DNA from: an uncultured Gemmatimonadaceae bacterium
Lineage (GTDB): Bacteria > Gemmatimonadota > Gemmatimonadetes > Gemmatimonadales > Gemmatimonadaceae
Direction of reading: 5' to 3'
Assembly (NCBI GenBank): GCA_963761305.1
Contig: CAVXGK010000002.1
Location: forward strand, 2,944,001-3,008,000
Length of the DNA: 64,000 nucleotides
Made by a program: the position numbers and the translations under genes. Positions 60,526 to 64,000 of this stretch are shown here, one piece after another; position 1 is the stretch's first letter, and every line of letters starts with the position of its first letter. The notes below the pieces were generated by a model, which saw only the letters and a program-made list of their open reading frames with translations, searched no databases and was not told the DNA's origin.

Positions 60526-61276
60526 ACGTTTTCACAAATTGCTCGAGCTCGGGGCGGTTGAGGTCCGACACCGCCTCGAGCGATAGGCCGCCGGCGTGCC
60601 AGGCGATCACGTTGTAGCCGTTGCGGTTCGATTCGGACCAGCCCGTACCGCCGCCCTCGTGCGTGTCGGGCCACGAGTACACGTCGATCAGATGCTGGCG
60701 TCGGCCGTACACGACCACCGGCACCGCGCGATCCCGCAGATAGTCGAGCCGTCCGCCGATCAGCGGAAAACCGAGCGAGTCGAGATTCGGCACGGGAGGC
60801 GAAAGATCGACGCGTCCATTGAACCACGGCTTGACGTTGTGCTGGTTCGTCGACGCGACGTCGGTGAGATGCCCCGGCATGAGCGCGCGGATGTGGCTCG
60901 ACACGACCTCGTCGGCGAGCGAATGGCCTGACGCGACGCCGCGCATGATCGCGAACGTGAGAATGCTGCTGGCGACCGCGACGCCGAGTCCGCCGAGGGC
61001 GAGGCGGCGCGTCACCATCGGTTGGGGCGCTTTGGCGGCGGGTGCGAGCGGGTCTGACTGTGCGAGCGCGACTCGAATGCGCGCCTTGAGCACGTCGGGT
61101 GCGGGGTATTTCACGAGCGATTCTCCGATTCGGCGCGACAGGCCGACGATCCGGGCGTGCTCCCGCGCGCAGTCGGCGCACGACGCAATGTGTTCGCGCA
61201 CAGCCGCGTCGTCGTCGTGCGGCAGCTCGCCATCCACGTACGCGTCGAGCAATTCACGACATTGGGCGCATGTCAT
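60509..61276 (-). CDS. Zinc-binding (ZAS) membrane anti-sigma factor
   Basis: AYVDGEL, HIASCADC, TM helix, HNVKPWFNG, LIGGRLDY. Confidence 0.88.
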   Translation of the reverse strand: MTCAQCRELLDAYVDGELPHDDDAAVREHIASCADCAREHARIVGLSRRIGESLVKYPAPDVLKARIRVALAQSDPLAPAAKAPQPMVTRRLALGGLGVAVASSILTFAIMRGVASGHSLADEVVSSHIRALMPGHLTDVASTNQHNVKPWFNGRVDLSPPVPNLDSLGFPLIGGRLDYLRDRAVPVVVYGRRQHLIDVYSWPDTHEGGGTGWSESNRNGYNVIAWHAGGLSLEAVSDLNRPELEQFVKTFNAAR

Positions 61277-61277
61277 C

Positions 61278-61802
61278 TCAGCCGGCCTCCTGCGCGTCGA
61301 ATCCAAGCGCCGAGGCCAGCCGCCGACGTCCGCGCGCGAGACGCGACATCACCGTTCCGATCGGCACGCCGACAACGTCGCTGATCTCACGATAGCTCAA
61401 CCCCTGCACTTCTCTCAGCACGATAACCTCGCGAAACTCGTCTGGCAGCGCCGCCAACGCCCGCTGCAGCGCCGCCCGCTCCGACCGCTCGATCGCTCGC
61501 GCGTCGGTCCCGCGGCCCTCGTGCGCGACGTCGATGTCTTCGACGAACGAAATGTTCGCACGCTCGGCCTGCGCGCGGCGCTGTCGCGTCAGGCAGCAGT
61601 TGCGTACGATGGCCAGGAGCCAGGCGCGCGCGTCGCCGTCGCGATACGTCTCGAAATAGCGGAGCGCGCGCAGCACGGCGTCCTGCACCGCGTCCTGGGC
61701 CTCATGCTGATCGCGAAGCAGGTAGCGGGCGAGCGTGTACGCGTCGTCCAGGTGCGGCAGCACGACTCGCTCGAAGCGTTCGACCTCTGTTGAGGGCATC
61801 AT
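61278..61802 (-). CDS. ECF sigma factor
   Basis: AQDAVQDA, RAWLLAIVRN, LSYREIS..GVPIGTVMSRLARGR. Confidence 0.93.
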   Translation of the reverse strand: MMPSTEVERFERVVLPHLDDAYTLARYLLRDQHEAQDAVQDAVLRALRYFETYRDGDARAWLLAIVRNCCLTRQRRAQAERANISFVEDIDVAHEGRGTDARAIERSERAALQRALAALPDEFREVIVLREVQGLSYREISDVVGVPIGTVMSRLARGRRRLASALGFDAQEAG

Positions 61803-61808
61803 TGGCCC

Positions 61809-61836
61809 AGACTAGCCAAACCGGCGATTTATTCCC
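61809..61836 (-). promoter_or_regulatory. ECF autoregulatory promoter candidate
   Basis: GGGAATAA-N15-AGTCT ending 6 nt before the ECF ATG. Confidence 0.7.
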
Positions 61837-62122
61837 CGGGTCCGACGATCCGACGACGGCGGAACCCGCGATGACTCGCCGGCGAGAGGTCGATCATCAA
61901 GGCGATGACGATTCCGATGATCGGAATGGGCGCCGACCACGCGCCGTGCCACCAGTGCATGACCGCGGTGTACCACAGGAACGTCGTCGGTAGGAAGACG
62001 AAGCCGAGGACCGGCCAAAGCGGCGTGCTGAACAGTCCGCGGAACCAGAATGTGAAGAACCACAGCAGCACGATGACGAGCCGCGGCGTGAACAGCGCGA
62101 TCAAAACGAGAAGACAGGGCAT
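61829..62122 (-). CDS. Small membrane protein, hypothetical
   Basis: Three hydrophobic segments (MPCLLVLIALFTPRL..., GFVFLPTT). Confidence 0.7.
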   Translation of the reverse strand: MPCLLVLIALFTPRLVIVLLWFFTFWFRGLFSTPLWPVLGFVFLPTTFLWYTAVMHWWHGAWSAPIPIIGIVIALMIDLSPASHRGFRRRRIVGPGE

Positions 62123-62176
62123 TGTTTTAGTTGCTCGCTTTTACCTGTCCACCTGTCCACGTGTCCATCTGCATTC

Positions 62177-63502
62177 TTAGATCCCCCACCCCGGCTCGTA
62201 CTCCCGCGACCAGAGCTTCGCGGCGTCCGCGTCCCCGACGATGTGGCCGTTTGCAGGATCCGTGCGCAACGCGCGCCCCGTGGACTGCGCGATGTTGCCG
62301 AGGTGACAAAGAAGTACCGTCTGCGCGGCGTCCTCGATCGGCGCGCGCAGCGTGGCGCCCGTGCGAATGCCGTCGAGAAAATTGTCCATGTGCACCGACG
62401 TCGCCGCGTCGTCACCCGTGAGCTCGAGCCCGTCGCCGGCCTTCGGCTCGATGTTCCGTGCGGTCTCTTTTCCTTTGAGATCGTAGACGACGTACCCGTC
62501 GCGATCGACGACGACGGTGCCGCTCGTGCCATACACCGCCGTGCCTCGCGACCGGTCGAACGTCTTGCAGCCGTTGCAGCTCTCGCCCTGCCAGATGATC
62601 GTCTTGCCGCCGTCGAACTCGAAGGTCGCTTCCTGCGTGTCGGGGAATTGCCAATCGTCGGCGTAGTGCCGGCGCCCGCCGCTCGACAGCACACGCGTCG
62701 GATGCTCGACGCCGAGCGCGAGCCGAGCGATGTCGATCTCGTGCGTGCCGTTGTTGCAGATCTCGCCCGTGCCCCAGTGCGTGAACCAGTGCCAGTTGTA
62801 ATGGATCACGTTGTCGCGATACGGTGTGCGCGGCGCGGGACCCTGCCAGAGATCGTAGTCGAGGTTCTGCGGAACCGGCGCCGTCTTGCCGCGCCCGATG
62901 CCGACGCGCGTGTTGGCGTACCACGCGCGGGCGAGATACGGACGCCCGATCGCGCCCTCTCGAATTCGTTGGAGCGCCTCGATGGTCCGGAGCGACGAGC
63001 GCTGCTGCGTGCCCATCTGGACGACGCGATGCGTCGCCCGCTGTGTGGCGACGAGCACCTCGCCCTCGCGCGGGTTGTGGCCGCACGGCTTTTCGACGTA
63101 CACGTGCTTGCCCGCCTTCATGGCGAGAACCGCCATCGGGGCGTGCCAGTGATCGGGCGTGGCGATCGACACGGCGTCGACGGTCGGATCTTCGAGCGCC
63201 TTGCGGAAATCGCCGATCGCCTTGGGCGGCCGGCTCGCCGTTTTCATTTCGCCGGCGGCCTTCGCCAGCACGGCTGAGTCGACGTCCGCGATGTAGGCGA
63301 CGGAGGAGTTCTTGAGCCGCGAGAAGTTCTGCGCGTGCACCATCCCGCGCCCGTTCAGTCCGAACACAGCGACCGACACATGGTCGTTCGGCGATCTCGA
63401 TCGCAACAACCCCGGCGCGTGCGACGTCATGACGAGTCCCAGTCCTGTGGCCGACGCGGTCTTGAGAAACTCTCGGCGGTCGACGCCGTCGTCCGGTGTC
63501 AT
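62177..63502 (-). CDS. Tat-exported Gfo/Idh/MocA oxidoreductase
   Basis: DRREFLK, ATPDHWH, KHVYVEKP, QMGTQQRS, DYDLWQGPAP, THEID. Confidence 0.92.
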   Translation of the reverse strand: MTPDDGVDRREFLKTASATGLGLVMTSHAPGLLRSRSPNDHVSVAVFGLNGRGMVHAQNFSRLKNSSVAYIADVDSAVLAKAAGEMKTASRPPKAIGDFRKALEDPTVDAVSIATPDHWHAPMAVLAMKAGKHVYVEKPCGHNPREGEVLVATQRATHRVVQMGTQQRSSLRTIEALQRIREGAIGRPYLARAWYANTRVGIGRGKTAPVPQNLDYDLWQGPAPRTPYRDNVIHYNWHWFTHWGTGEICNNGTHEIDIARLALGVEHPTRVLSSGGRRHYADDWQFPDTQEATFEFDGGKTIIWQGESCNGCKTFDRSRGTAVYGTSGTVVVDRDGYVVYDLKGKETARNIEPKAGDGLELTGDDAATSVHMDNFLDGIRTGATLRAPIEDAAQTVLLCHLGNIAQSTGRALRTDPANGHIVGDADAAKLWSREYEPGWGI

Positions 63503-64000
63503 GGTTTCAGCTCCCGGATCTTGATGTCGCGGTAATACGTCTCATCGTTGTGGTCCTGCAGGATGATGTGGCTCGCGTCGCGCCGGTCGGCGAAACCGGG
63601 GATCGTGTGGTATTTGCTCTTGGCGAGCAGCGAATCCATGCGCGGCGTGCCGAGCTCGAACTCGACGATTTTCTTGCCGTTGAGCCAATGCTCGCCGTGG
63701 CGCCCCTGGAAGACGATGCGCGAGGTGTTCCACTGTCCGACCGGCATCAGAAGCTTCGCGTCGTTCGGTGCGATGAGATCGTAGAGCGATCCTGCCAAGT
63801 GCGACGGGATCTTGTTGTCGTCGCTTAGCGAATCGTCGAGTACCTGATACTCGAACCCGAGCGCGGCGTGGTTCGACGCGTGCGCCAGCGAGAATTCCTC
63901 GGAGACGTTGTATTTCACGCCGCTGTTCGCGCCCGGCGCGACTTTCCATTGGAATGACAGCTCGAAGTCGTTGAACGCGTCGATTGTCATCAGGTCGCCG
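63499..64000 (-). CDS. DUF1080 (3-keto-glycoside hydrolase/lyase-like) protein, 5' end outside the window
   Basis: GANSGVKY, EYQVLDD, GSLYDL, GQWN, EHWLNG, LQDH, YRDIKIREL. Confidence 0.9.
   Translation of the reverse strand, partial: GDLMTIDAFNDFELSFQWKVAPGANSGVKYNVSEEFSLAHASNHAALGFEYQVLDDSLSDDNKIPSHLAGSLYDLIAPNDAKLLMPVGQWNTSRIVFQGRHGEHWLNGKKIVEFELGTPRMDSLLAKSKYHTIPGFADRRDASHIILQDHNDETYYRDIKIRELKP

Noticed and set aside
62141..62172. Short 8-bp tandem repeat (CCTGTCCA-like, 3-4 copies)
   Set aside because: Too short and degenerate to assign a function.

Overview
High-GC bacterial chromosomal window. Gene content (PadR + ADOP duplicated permeases, Tat-exported amidohydrolases, Hanks-type kinase, Gfo/Idh/MocA + DUF1080) suggests Gemmatimonadota or a similar soil lineage; this is an inference. 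It holds about 55 CDS, including a type II secretion cluster (gspG-F-H-I-J-K-L-M-C-D-E, with several apparent indels), an ABC-2 exporter, a two-component system and an ECF sigma/anti-sigma pair. I found no rRNA, tRNA, CRISPR array or transposase. The best find is a probable ribosome-mediated transcription attenuator sensing both Cys and Met. A sigma70-type promoter sits 7 nt before a leaderless 27-codon ORF (MSRAQTMCCMCMCPMCQPTCEALGVRI), followed by mutually exclusive antiterminator/terminator hairpins, upstream of an ATP-grasp ligase + flavin monooxygenase operon. Other points of interest: a TolB-propeller/tricorn-like/GGT fusion with altered active-site motifs, a shared ECF promoter motif linking the sigma factor to a metallophosphoesterase-cupredoxin fusion, PadR and OmpR-type operator candidates, and a 178-bp palindrome built from 16-bp tandem units. 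All product calls come from motif recognition by eye; no database searches were run.
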